DNA of 64,000 bases. Origin: a virus. Taxonomy: Duplodnaviria > Caudoviricetes. The DNA is taken from the IMG/VR virus record IMGVR_UViG_3300035698_013504, positions 96,001-160,000 of that record, one strand, 5' to 3'. Within the stretch, counting starts at the first letter, position 1; each line of letters begins with the position of its first letter. This document shows, in pieces, positions 1 to 8,713 of the stretch. The position numbers and the translations under genes are program-made. The notes under the pieces were generated by a model. That model searched no databases, was not told where the DNA came from, and worked only from the letters and a program-made list of their open reading frames with translations.

Positions 1-1
1 T

Positions 2-334
2 CTTGCGCAAGAGTGTGAGTGTATCGATAATGGTGACGCGGTACCAATCATATCGATTAACGGCGTTACACCAGACGACAGCGGTAATCTGAGCATCGTT
101 GGTATGGAGTGCGTTGTAGTCGGCGCCGCCGCTAACTCCATCACGTTGGATGACGGGTGCTCTAAGCCCTGTTGCGGCTGCGAGGAACTCGAAGAGATTG
201 TGCGTGCGATGCAGCACGTACGTAATCAAGTGCAAACCTTGGAGAACTTGGCATCGAGGCTTACAGGTGCGATCACACAGATGGAAACGAACCTGATCGC
301 GTCCAAGACCGGCGAACTGCCTTGTAACACGTAG
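2..334 (+). CDS. 5'-truncated putative virion structural (tail/baseplate-like) protein; ORF is open from the window start
   Basis: Frame is open from position 2: LAQECECIDNGDAVPIISINGVTPDDSGNLSIVGMEC...CSKPCCGCEEL. The SINGVTPD..GNL motif and Cys cluster are shared with downstream paralogs. Confidence 0.6.
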   Translation, partial: LAQECECIDNGDAVPIISINGVTPDDSGNLSIVGMECVVVGAAANSITLDDGCSKPCCGCEELEEIVRAMQHVRNQVQTLENLASRLTGAITQMETNLIASKTGELPCNT

Positions 335-1738
335 ATGACCGAGACGTCAACAGATCCCGGAACCTCCTTCGGCATTCTTAGCTCTAGGGTGTTCATCCCA
401 TACCCATTCCGGAATAAGGTGACATCACCGGCCGGTATGGAGGAGCTCGTTGTCGATTTCTACTTGATGCATGAGAACGAAAGCGTGCTCTCCGCATTAA
501 TCAACTACCTACACGTTGACACGGTTGGCGGCACATACCACATTATCGTGAAGGACACAGGGTACGGCAAGATCTTCGACACCACGACCGGCGTCGTGAC
601 AACTACGTACTCGACCTACGATCGCTGGAGCGTCATCGAGTGGATCAAGGGGTCTGAGGTTTGTCGTATTGTCCTCGTCACGGACAGGATTGCGGACTTC
701 ACGTTCCCGGCCTCTCTAGCGGGCGCCTCCCTACACGACTCAACGTTTTACCGGAGACCTCTGCGTGTTAACAAGTTTGAGACCCCGCTCGGAGACTTCA
801 CTGATCAGGTTGAGTTGGTAAGCGGGTATAACGCAGAGGTCGCTCTTCAGGGCGAGACAGCTGGCGGGCGCATTACGTTACCGGCCGCACCGTTCAGTAC
901 TGCTACTACGCCACGAGACGCAACACGTGTGGAGATCCTAGCCGACGCGGGCGCAGGCGCCGGTGCGTACAAGGAACCGTGTGGCGCATCAGAGCAGTCT
1001 CTCCTCACAATCAACAACCAGACCACCAGTGATGGCGACCTTAGACTGATTGCAGACGGCTGCTACTGGATTGAAAGGCCGTCTACCGTCTCTGGTGGAT
1101 ACGCCACCATAATCGACGACAACATGCTGAAGATTCACAACGATTGTGGGCCGGGGTGCGAGTGCGAGGACTACATCAACGTTTACCTAGCTCTAAGTCG
1201 CATATGGGAGTCTGCGCAAAGCGCGGCTATTCAAGTACAGGGCCTGCGGTCAGAGTATGATAGACTCCGCGCGCTCTGGCTTGCCCACCAGGACTGTTAC
1301 GAGCAGGGACTCAAGACCCACGTACGCATTATCCCGAAGCCTGGGTTTGGCGTGCTGGTTATGGGTATGGTCATGAACGCGCAGCCTTGTGAACTTGACC
1401 CGCCGTTCCATATATCGTTTGAGGCGTTCATAAACGATCACATCGTTGGCACATTTGTGCCGCAGTCTGGACGTATGACGTCCGATGATGTAAAGTTTAA
1501 CATGGTTGACCCGTTGCAAGTATCCCAAGGGCTGTGGAATATAACGTACACCTCAGTCCTCAAAGGAACGCGATGGATTCGCTATACATTTGGGTTGGAG
1601 TTCGTTGCTGACGAGGACGGGTACGATAGAACACAGTACCCACTTTCCATGCTTATGCGCGTATATGACGGTAGCGGTAACTCCACATACGAGATGTCCG
1701 AGACAGTTGACCTACTGGCGCCCCTACAGAAAGCGTAG
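335..1738 (+). CDS. putative virion structural protein (467 aa), paralog module
   Basis: Long ORF containing LLTINNQ..DGDL and HNDCGPGCECEDY motifs like its neighbours, followed by a coiled-coil and a beta-rich C-terminus. Confidence 0.55.
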   Translation: MTETSTDPGTSFGILSSRVFIPYPFRNKVTSPAGMEELVVDFYLMHENESVLSALINYLHVDTVGGTYHIIVKDTGYGKIFDTTTGVVTTTYSTYDRWSVIEWIKGSEVCRIVLVTDRIADFTFPASLAGASLHDSTFYRRPLRVNKFETPLGDFTDQVELVSGYNAEVALQGETAGGRITLPAAPFSTATTPRDATRVEILADAGAGAGAYKEPCGASEQSLLTINNQTTSDGDLRLIADGCYWIERPSTVSGGYATIIDDNMLKIHNDCGPGCECEDYINVYLALSRIWESAQSAAIQVQGLRSEYDRLRALWLAHQDCYEQGLKTHVRIIPKPGFGVLVMGMVMNAQPCELDPPFHISFEAFINDHIVGTFVPQSGRMTSDDVKFNMVDPLQVSQGLWNITYTSVLKGTRWIRYTFGLEFVADEDGYDRTQYPLSMLMRVYDGSGNSTYEMSETVDLLAPLQKA

Positions 1739-1749
1739 CGTATACACCT

Positions 1750-4023
1750 GTGGCGATCATCCAGCAAGAGTGGCATAATCAGAACGAGAATAGGAACTAC
1801 CCGTTTGACGACAACGCGTCACGGCTAGGTCACGACGGTACGCTGTTGCCCAACGATATCATTGCCGATTGCAACATCACGTTCCCGTCCAGCTATGGTT
1901 CCTATTTGTACGTGTCCTCAGTCGTTGTCTCCAACGAGACCGTCTCCGTAACGTTTTTGGCCACAGACACGTCCCCGTACTGCGGCGGGTCATCGACAAC
2001 AACATTCCGCCCGATCGCGGCCATTACGGTAGTGAACCCCTCTAAGTGGCGCAATTACGCCGTAGACGCGCTGGTTGACGGCGTGGCGGGGTGGGTAGCC
2101 TTCGGGACAGGCGTATACGAACACTCTTTGCTGTCACTTCGCTTTGAGACGCCTGCCGCCTCAATGCTGACGCCTAGAAGCGCCAGAGGGTACGAGGCTC
2201 CTCCGGTAACGTCCCTACGCAAGGAGCAAGACGCAAACACGATACAAGGCACGGTACTCCTGACTGGTGCTGACCAGACCGTAATCGTCGAACCCGGCAC
2301 ACGCGTAATCGACGGGACGTCCCAAGATGTCGTCCTGGTTGGCCTCGACCTGTCGACTAACCCGAAAGACGTCCTGAGAACATACGCGGGCGACTGCGGG
2401 GGCCGACCTGATAGTCTTAGCTGCGCTAAACAGCCATTCCTTGACATCAACGGTGTCCGCCCTAACGAGAGCGGCAACCTGGACGTAATATTCCCCAGCC
2501 CAATCGTGGCGTCACCGATCTTTGGTGGTGGTGGTATCATTCTGGACCACCCGCTGGGGCTTGGAGACGTCTGTACCAAAGAGAACTTGGTCGACGACGA
2601 CCTCCTGCTGCCCTACGAGCCCAGCGACTCCTGTACGTGGTACTTCTCCTCAAGCTCCTCGTCCAGCGACAGCTCAGAGAGTATCTCGTCTTCGTCCAAC
2701 AGTAGCAGCTCCTGGTCAGCCGCGTCGATCTGCGAGGACTGGGAGCCGCCGAATACACCATGGCACTGGGACGATCTGCTGGGCACATGGACGTTGGAGA
2801 TCGGCGGCCTTAGTACGTTACGAAGGTTCTCCGACCCCAACGTTGGCGGCCCGCAGCTTAGTGTCTACAGATCTGCGAGTGCGCCAAAGGATGGCGACCA
2901 CCTTCTGGAAGGCGCTGCCCGCGTACATGACGCTGACGGTAATGCGTTCCTCGTATTTGGGTTTGAAGACGAAGAGAACTTCTGGTTCGCCGGGTTCTCG
3001 ACAAAGAAGATGTTCGACGGGTCTGATTTCAAACAGCTCGCGTACATTGGGCGGCGTACGTCGGACTCCGGGGCGAACTGGGATAGCGGCTTGGGTTACG
3101 GCCTGAGGTTCGAGCGTACGGCCGAGGTAGCCCCGACGACGTTCCAGCCGGGCACTGACTACTACATAAGCGTTGAGCTCCACAAGATCGGCCACACGAC
3201 AAGCATCTCTCTTCGGATCTATGACTACGCGGGTATCGCAGTGTCCTACGTGGCTATCAACGTCACAACGTCCTTGGTTACCCCAGGCCTGCTGGGAATA
3301 GGCGTTGCGGATAGCTACACCGAGTTCGACAACATCGGGTGGGACTGTGGTACTCAGATGTCTTCGAGTTCTTCATCCACGAGTGTGTCGAGCAGTTCAT
3401 CCAGTAGTTCTTCATCGTGGAGTTCCTCGTCGTCGAGTAATTCGTCGTCGAGTAGTAGCTCGTCTTGGAGTTCAAGCTCTTCGTCCAACAGCTCCAGCTC
3501 CTCCTCGAACAGTTCCAGTTCCTCGTGGAGTTCCAGTTCCTCATCATCTTCCAGCGACTCGTCAGAGTATAGCCCATTTGGTGAATTTCCAACCTCGGCG
3601 ACGCTCTACGTAGGGTCGTATACGCCCGGCACCGCGATTGTAAATCTACACGCCATAGACTCATCGTATTTGGGCGTGATTGAGGTCGTGGGGACCCCAG
3701 GGTACGATCTATATCTTGATTGGCAGTACACCGCGCCGCAACGTACGCAAGCGGTAAAGATTGTTGGGTTCTATGAGGGTAATCCTGCGCACAATGTTAA
3801 ACTATATCAGCGGGACTACCTGCTTGGCCAGTGGGTCGCGGTTACTGGCGATGCTTCGGACTTCCCGCACAATACGACAGATCAGACGTATCAGTTTACG
3901 CTCGGGGACGCTGCGACTTACGTTTCTATAGAGGGACATAGATCGCTACGTTTCCTTCATACGAGCAACGGCTTAGCAGGACATCAACTAAACCTGAATT
4001 ATGTACAGCTACTGGATCCATAA
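1750..4023 (+). CDS. putative virion structural/adhesin protein (757 aa) with two poly-Ser linkers separating beta-rich (lectin/CBM-like) domains
   Basis: N-terminal EWHNQNENRNYPF motif, DINGVRPNESGNL motif, Ser tracts at about 2647-2718 and 3361-3564. Confidence 0.6.
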   Translation: MAIIQQEWHNQNENRNYPFDDNASRLGHDGTLLPNDIIADCNITFPSSYGSYLYVSSVVVSNETVSVTFLATDTSPYCGGSSTTTFRPIAAITVVNPSKWRNYAVDALVDGVAGWVAFGTGVYEHSLLSLRFETPAASMLTPRSARGYEAPPVTSLRKEQDANTIQGTVLLTGADQTVIVEPGTRVIDGTSQDVVLVGLDLSTNPKDVLRTYAGDCGGRPDSLSCAKQPFLDINGVRPNESGNLDVIFPSPIVASPIFGGGGIILDHPLGLGDVCTKENLVDDDLLLPYEPSDSCTWYFSSSSSSSDSSESISSSSNSSSSWSAASICEDWEPPNTPWHWDDLLGTWTLEIGGLSTLRRFSDPNVGGPQLSVYRSASAPKDGDHLLEGAARVHDADGNAFLVFGFEDEENFWFAGFSTKKMFDGSDFKQLAYIGRRTSDSGANWDSGLGYGLRFERTAEVAPTTFQPGTDYYISVELHKIGHTTSISLRIYDYAGIAVSYVAINVTTSLVTPGLLGIGVADSYTEFDNIGWDCGTQMSSSSSSTSVSSSSSSSSSSWSSSSSSNSSSSSSSSWSSSSSSNSSSSSSNSSSSSWSSSSSSSSSDSSEYSPFGEFPTSATLYVGSYTPGTAIVNLHAIDSSYLGVIEVVGTPGYDLYLDWQYTAPQRTQAVKIVGFYEGNPAHNVKLYQRDYLLGQWVAVTGDASDFPHNTTDQTYQFTLGDAATYVSIEGHRSLRFLHTSNGLAGHQLNLNYVQLLDP
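3361..3564 (+). repeat. poly-serine coding tract (68 codons) punctuated by W/N/D/T/V
   Basis: Read directly from the sequence; mixed TCN and AGY codons. Confidence 0.95.
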
Positions 4024-4772
4024 TGGCTAGAGCACACCTATTTCAAGAGTGGCGAGACCTGACACGGTACATCAAGTATCCGTTCATGGATAGCGCTACG
4101 CTTGTCAACAGTGTAGGCGACACCATCCCGGAGAATCTGTTCAGCGATGCAAGACTGTACCCTGTCGGCGGGGGCGCCGGACAGTTTCTGTCGCGCGTTA
4201 CTATCGATGACGATGTTGTCATCGCGATCTCGGACGCAAGTGGCGAAATCGCAACAGGCACGTTTGACTTTGACACTGAGATTGATGTCGTTAAGGTGCT
4301 TGACCTGTACGGTCGCCCCGCTGGTGTATTCGTATCGTCGTGGGACCGCTTACAAACACTTGTCAACTGGGCGCCAGGAGACCACGAGTTTGAGCGTGCG
4401 CAGACAGAGTTTGCTGCGGCTGTTGTTGTCCCGCAGCCCATCGTAGGTGTAAATGGTATCGTACTGGCCGACGCCACCGTGTTCACGGGCGAGGTCATAC
4501 TCGTAGGCCATGACGGTATCGTACTACGAGAGGACGGTGGTACGGTACGGGTTGACATCGTTGGCGATCCCTACTATCTTCGTAAGCTATGCGCCGAAGA
4601 AGAGGTCGAGCGCGAGTGTGTGCAGGGTCTAAAGACGATTAACGCGATTGCGGCCGTAGACGGTAGGTTCACGATCACCGCCGGAGACAATCTCGCCACC
4701 GATACAGTATTGAGAGTCACCCCGACAACCGATGGGCTGCGGCTCACCGTTGTTGGACAGAAAGGAATCTGA
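4023..4772 (+). CDS. putative virion structural protein (249 aa), paralog module
   Basis: EWRDLTRYIKYPF N-terminal motif and LKTINAIAAVDGRF motif; start overlaps the upstream stop (TAATG). Confidence 0.55.
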   Translation: MARAHLFQEWRDLTRYIKYPFMDSATLVNSVGDTIPENLFSDARLYPVGGGAGQFLSRVTIDDDVVIAISDASGEIATGTFDFDTEIDVVKVLDLYGRPAGVFVSSWDRLQTLVNWAPGDHEFERAQTEFAAAVVVPQPIVGVNGIVLADATVFTGEVILVGHDGIVLREDGGTVRVDIVGDPYYLRKLCAEEEVERECVQGLKTINAIAAVDGRFTITAGDNLATDTVLRVTPTTDGLRLTVVGQKGI

Positions 4773-6415
4773 TGCCAGGCGTTGACTGGTACAACCATAA
4801 CGAGCACATTGATTACCCGTTCCTTACGAACGAGGTATCCAGCTCGTCGTCTGCAGCTGGGTCAGACAACTACATTGACCTCCGGGCGGACGTTACCGAG
4901 TTTCAAGCTGGTTGGGGGACGTTCCCGGCCGCCTATGCGCCTGAGGACTGCATCGACTTCGATACGCGGCATCCGAGTATACCCGATACGTCCACTTACG
5001 TGTGGACTAATGTCGCTCCGGCTGTTATCTCCTTTACAGCGGTTGACGTATCTGTACCTATTACCGGCTACTCCGTATTCTTCTACGCCAATGTGCCTGT
5101 AGGAACCACGATGCTCCTCCGGGCGGCGGAGTCGACAACCGTAAACAGTGACGTGTACGTCGTAGGTACAGGGGTAGCTCAGTGGCACGAGTTAGAGGTC
5201 GATAAAGCTTTTTCCGCCGTCGACTTTAACACAATCGTCTACTACTTTGTCAACACGGTCGTGCCCTCGCCTGTACAGACTAAAATGTACGCGTTTCATG
5301 TGCGCGCGCATTATCTCGGCGAGCCTGTTAACACGATGCCCTACGAGGGTAGAGGCGTTATCGACGCTGGCTTCATTTTGGGCCCCAATGCGGGCTTCGA
5401 CGTGTCACAGCACCAAGTTTACCTCCACAGCGTCACGAAGACCGAAGACAACATCGAGTTCGACTTCCGCACCGACGCGGCCGAGTTCGACGGCTGGCGC
5501 TTTCTGTTTACGAGAGACTTCACGACAGCCTGCTTTGGGGAAACCGAGTATGTGGACGCTGAGGAGATACCGGTTTCATCCTCATCCTCATCCTCGTCGT
5601 CTTCGTCCCTATCGTCATCGAGTAGCAGTTACTCATCAAGTTCTTCATGGTCGTCGTCGAGCAGCAGCGATTCGTCTAGCTCTTCGTCCTCTTCATGGTC
5701 ATCGTCATCGTCGAGTAGTAGCGACTCGTCGAGTTCATCCTCATCTAACTCGTCGTCGTCTAGCTCCTCGTCGTCTTCGAACAGCAGCTCTTCTTACTCT
5801 TCCTCGTCAAGCGCGGAGAGTTGGAGCTCATCCAGCAGTAGCTGGTCGTCAACAGCGGCTACGTACAACTTCATGGGCCGAGCGTTCCTCGTTACCGGCG
5901 ACTTGTCCGAGTACGATGAGTTGGAAGAAGGAGAGACACTCTATGCCTTTGCCAACATCGAACCAGCATGTATCCAGACGCTTGCCAACAGCTATGTAAC
6001 CGGCATCACGCTCGCGAATGATGGACGCAGATGCCCTACGCTTTGCGGGAGTAGCAGCTCCACGATGGGAGACGAGACAACCTTCTATCACACGCGTAAT
6101 ATGCGCGGCGCCATCATCTTACGAGAAGGGCACAATTGCGAGCTGGTTATCAACCCCGGCAATAATCAAGTGGAAATCAACGCCAATCTGGAGTATGGTA
6201 GAGGACAGACGTGCGTCGACATCATTATCGACGAGGCTGGGTTCTCCAGCGGACAGCTGTGTGAGTCTTGCGACGACTTCGTTACGGACATTAACGGTGT
6301 AGGCATTGAGGCCACATCGTTCAACATTTCTGGAGACTTCGGGGTTAAGGTTGTCCCCGATGCAGCGGGTCACCGCCTTGTTATCGAACTGGCAACGAAT
6401 CTTTGTGGCGCGTAG
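4772..6415 (+). CDS. putative virion structural protein (547 aa) with inserted beta-sandwich and a 92-codon Ser-rich tract
   Basis: DWYNHNEHIDYPF motif and CESCDDFVTDINGVG motif; Ser tract at 5576-5851. Confidence 0.6.
   Translation: MPGVDWYNHNEHIDYPFLTNEVSSSSSAAGSDNYIDLRADVTEFQAGWGTFPAAYAPEDCIDFDTRHPSIPDTSTYVWTNVAPAVISFTAVDVSVPITGYSVFFYANVPVGTTMLLRAAESTTVNSDVYVVGTGVAQWHELEVDKAFSAVDFNTIVYYFVNTVVPSPVQTKMYAFHVRAHYLGEPVNTMPYEGRGVIDAGFILGPNAGFDVSQHQVYLHSVTKTEDNIEFDFRTDAAEFDGWRFLFTRDFTTACFGETEYVDAEEIPVSSSSSSSSSSSLSSSSSSYSSSSSWSSSSSSDSSSSSSSSWSSSSSSSSDSSSSSSSNSSSSSSSSSSNSSSSYSSSSSAESWSSSSSSWSSTAATYNFMGRAFLVTGDLSEYDELEEGETLYAFANIEPACIQTLANSYVTGITLANDGRRCPTLCGSSSSTMGDETTFYHTRNMRGAIILREGHNCELVINPGNNQVEINANLEYGRGQTCVDIIIDEAGFSSGQLCESCDDFVTDINGVGIEATSFNISGDFGVKVVPDAAGHRLVIELATNLCGA
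5576..5851 (+). repeat. poly-serine coding tract (92 codons)
   Basis: Read directly from the sequence; all six Ser codons are used. Confidence 0.95.
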
Positions 6416-6424
6416 CGGACAACT

Positions 6425-8197
6425 ATGACAAACGCATTTTCATCAAGATCAGGGTGCTCGCTACCGGCTATACCGGCTATCGATGGCAACCTGCTGCCCA
6501 GTTGCACACTTGAGCTGCCCCCGGACCCTATATTCGCTGGCAACTACTTTGATTTCCCCATCCCGCCGCCGCCGGACTTCCTTTTTGGATGTTACGAGTT
6601 CGGTTTCCAGCACACGGGCACCGCCTGGACAGATCTTCAGGCAGTAGCTGAAGAGTCATCCGCGTTTGCGACCCCGGACCTATGCAATCCTACGGTCGAC
6701 GTACTGGTCTTGCCTGACGACGAACTGGGGTGGTGTGACCCAAAGGTCACGTTTGATCTAAAAATCCCAGCTACGCACATTACGATCTTTAACCCGGAAC
6801 GTCCCAGCTGTAAACACACGCTTGGCCGTATTGACATAGTTGAGAACCCCGGTTGTCGGTCTGTGCTCTCGATGGTGTTAACGTGGGCTGAGGCGTGCTT
6901 TGCGCCTGAAGTAAGCTTTAGCCCGGTCATCATATCGCCGGAGCTGCCGTCTCCGATACTTCCTTCTCCCGACGTATCCATTGAGGTATCCCCCGACGTA
7001 TCCATATCTCCTGGGGTATCCATATCTCCTGGGGTATCCATATCTCCTGGGATATCTGTATCGCCTGAAATAACGCCCAGCCCCGACCCGCCGTGGTTCT
7101 CGCCTGCAATTTGTACCCCGTCTTTATGTTGCTTCGGTAACTTCTCGGAGTACTACGGCGGTGAGTGTTCTACCGAAGCGAACGAGGCCGTGTGGGACTC
7201 GCTGGGTGGCCTTGGCCAATGGAATATGCAGTGCGGTCCCGACTCCACTTGTTCCGACGAGTATGACTGCGTCTATTCCATTGAATCGATGTATGTAGAC
7301 GGATTATGTCAGATACACTGGTGCCTGGAAGATGACGGCTGCACCTCCCCTTCGCCGTCTCCGACACCGACGCCGACTCCCGAGCCGACCCCTACTCCCG
7401 AGCCGACTCCGACGCCAACTCCAGAGCCGACTCCGACTCCGACCCCAGAGCCGACTCCGACCCCAACTCCAGAGCCGACTCCGACCCCGACCCCAGAGCC
7501 GACTCCGACCCTAGAGCCGACTCCGACTCCGTCCTCCCTTAGCCCAGGCCCGCCAGGCTGGACATGCGTTGAGAGAATAGATAAAGATGCGCTCGGAGCT
7601 ACAACCAGTCATACAGCAAAATGTTGGGCCGACACTTCAAGGTGGTTCGACTGGTTTGATTTCGACAAAGAATACACATTCGGCGACGGGACGTTTATAT
7701 TCCACAGTCTTGGAAGCTACCCAGATGCTTTTGAGTGTGAATTCTATTGTGAAGTGTCGCCGTCGCCATCTCCGAGCCCGTCTCCGAGCCCATCTCCAAG
7801 CCCGTCTCCAAGCCCATCTCCGAGCCCGTCTCCAGAGGAGGGCACTCTTTATATAACGTTCTCGAATCTCCGGCACGGGTTCACGCCTAGAGAGGGAGAA
7901 CATATGCTCATTGGTAGCATGGTGGGTGGCTCGTGGATTGACCCGGGAGATACCAACACTAGGCTCACATGGATGGGTAGCTTCTGGCGCACAGAATTCA
8001 GCGTCAACTACAACTGTGCGTGCGGGTTTGCTGACTCCTCAGGTTTAGGTCGCTGGGACAACCCGTGGAATGGCGTCTATGACCAGATCCACGGCTGTGC
8101 AGACTCCAACTGCGACGGTCCTCTTGGTAACCAAAGTTGTGATGTAGCTGGAGATGAGCCCCCGTATACGTGTACGGTTTCACTTTACCCGGCGTAG
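6425..8197 (+). CDS. Cys-rich modular protein (590 aa) with [14 protein letters not shown] and PS repeats; probable tail fibre/adhesin
   Basis: Cys-rich blocks separated by Pro/Ser/Thr linkers; last gene of the structural run. Confidence 0.55.
   Translation: MTNAFSSRSGCSLPAIPAIDGNLLPSCTLELPPDPIFAGNYFDFPIPPPPDFLFGCYEFGFQHTGTAWTDLQAVAEESSAFATPDLCNPTVDVLVLPDDELGWCDPKVTFDLKIPATHITIFNPERPSCKHTLGRIDIVENPGCRSVLSMVLTWAEACFAPEVSFSPVIISPELPSPILPSPDVSIEVSPDVSISPGVSISPGVSISPGISVSPEITPSPDPPWFSPAICTPSLCCFGNFSEYYGGECSTEANEAVWDSLGGLGQWNMQCGPDSTCSDEYDCVYSIESMYVDGLCQIHWCLEDDGCTSPSPSPTPTPTPEPTPTPEPTPTPTPEPTPTPTPEPTPTPTPEPTPTPTPEPTPTLEPTPTPSSLSPGPPGWTCVERIDKDALGATTSHTAKCWADTSRWFDWFDFDKEYTFGDGTFIFHSLGSYPDAFECEFYCEVSPSPSPSPSPSPSPSPSPSPSPSPSPEEGTLYITFSNLRHGFTPREGEHMLIGSMVGGSWIDPGDTNTRLTWMGSFWRTEFSVNYNCACGFADSSGLGRWDNPWNGVYDQIHGCADSNCDGPLGNQSCDVAGDEPPYTCTVSLYPA
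6998..7051 (+). repeat. 18-bp perfect tandem repeat x3 (gtatccatatctcctggg; VSISPG)
   Basis: Copies at 6998, 7016 and 7034. Confidence 0.95.
7349..7530 (+). repeat. Pro-Thr/Glu linker with imperfect 24-bp tandem units (ccagagccgactccgac...)
   Basis: Encodes [28 protein letters not shown]... Confidence 0.9.
7756..7833 (+). repeat. Ser-Pro dipeptide repeat (12-bp units ccRtctccRagc)
   Basis: Encodes (SP)13. Confidence 0.9.
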
Positions 8198-8223
8198 TAG
8201 CTTGACCTGTTAAGGAAAACCCG

Positions 8224-8658
8224 ATGGACATACTAGAAGACATAGACGAACCGTACCCTAAAGTTATGCAGGACTTTGACGCGGCGAAGAAACTCAACTG
8301 CCCGCACATGAGGCCCATAAAGAACGGGCCACTATCTAACTGCGAGCTTATCGCAGAGCTGGGCGGTGGGGATCTGCCTTTTGTCGGATCCATTTGCCTT
8401 AGTTGCGCTGGCGGGCCGCACCCATTTACTAAAGAAAGCCCACGTCTTAGAACTCTTGCCGCGCAGAGCATTCGAGTCATGGTCCGCGCAAGGTGTAAAA
8501 CGATAACTGAGGACACGCTCCTCAAGAGTGTGCGAGCTATAAAGGTATACACGGACGTCAACACCGCTGGAGGCATTCTCGTTCAGTGGGTACGTGACGG
8601 TTTACCGCAAGACCTTGCCGTCAAAGCAGCAACTAAAGAACTTTCTGAATTGATGTAA
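8224..8658 (+). CDS. hypothetical Cys-containing protein (144 aa)
   Basis: ORF with aaggaaaacccgATG start context; C..C motifs. Confidence 0.6.
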   Translation: MDILEDIDEPYPKVMQDFDAAKKLNCPHMRPIKNGPLSNCELIAELGGGDLPFVGSICLSCAGGPHPFTKESPRLRTLAAQSIRVMVRARCKTITEDTLLKSVRAIKVYTDVNTAGGILVQWVRDGLPQDLAVKAATKELSELM

Positions 8659-8713
8659 AGGCATAACAACGGTACTATGTAGCTGCGGCGCAGCATATAG
8701 AGGAGATACACCG

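Noticed and set aside
3305-3664. Alternative-frame ORFs over the poly-Ser tracts (also 5247-5999, 7332-7514, 7637-7903)
   Set aside because: R/V/L-rich by-products of low-complexity Ser/Pro codons.
6998-7833. Tandem repeats as a CRISPR-like or DGR element
   Set aside because: In-frame coding repeats without unique spacers; no reverse transcriptase in the window.
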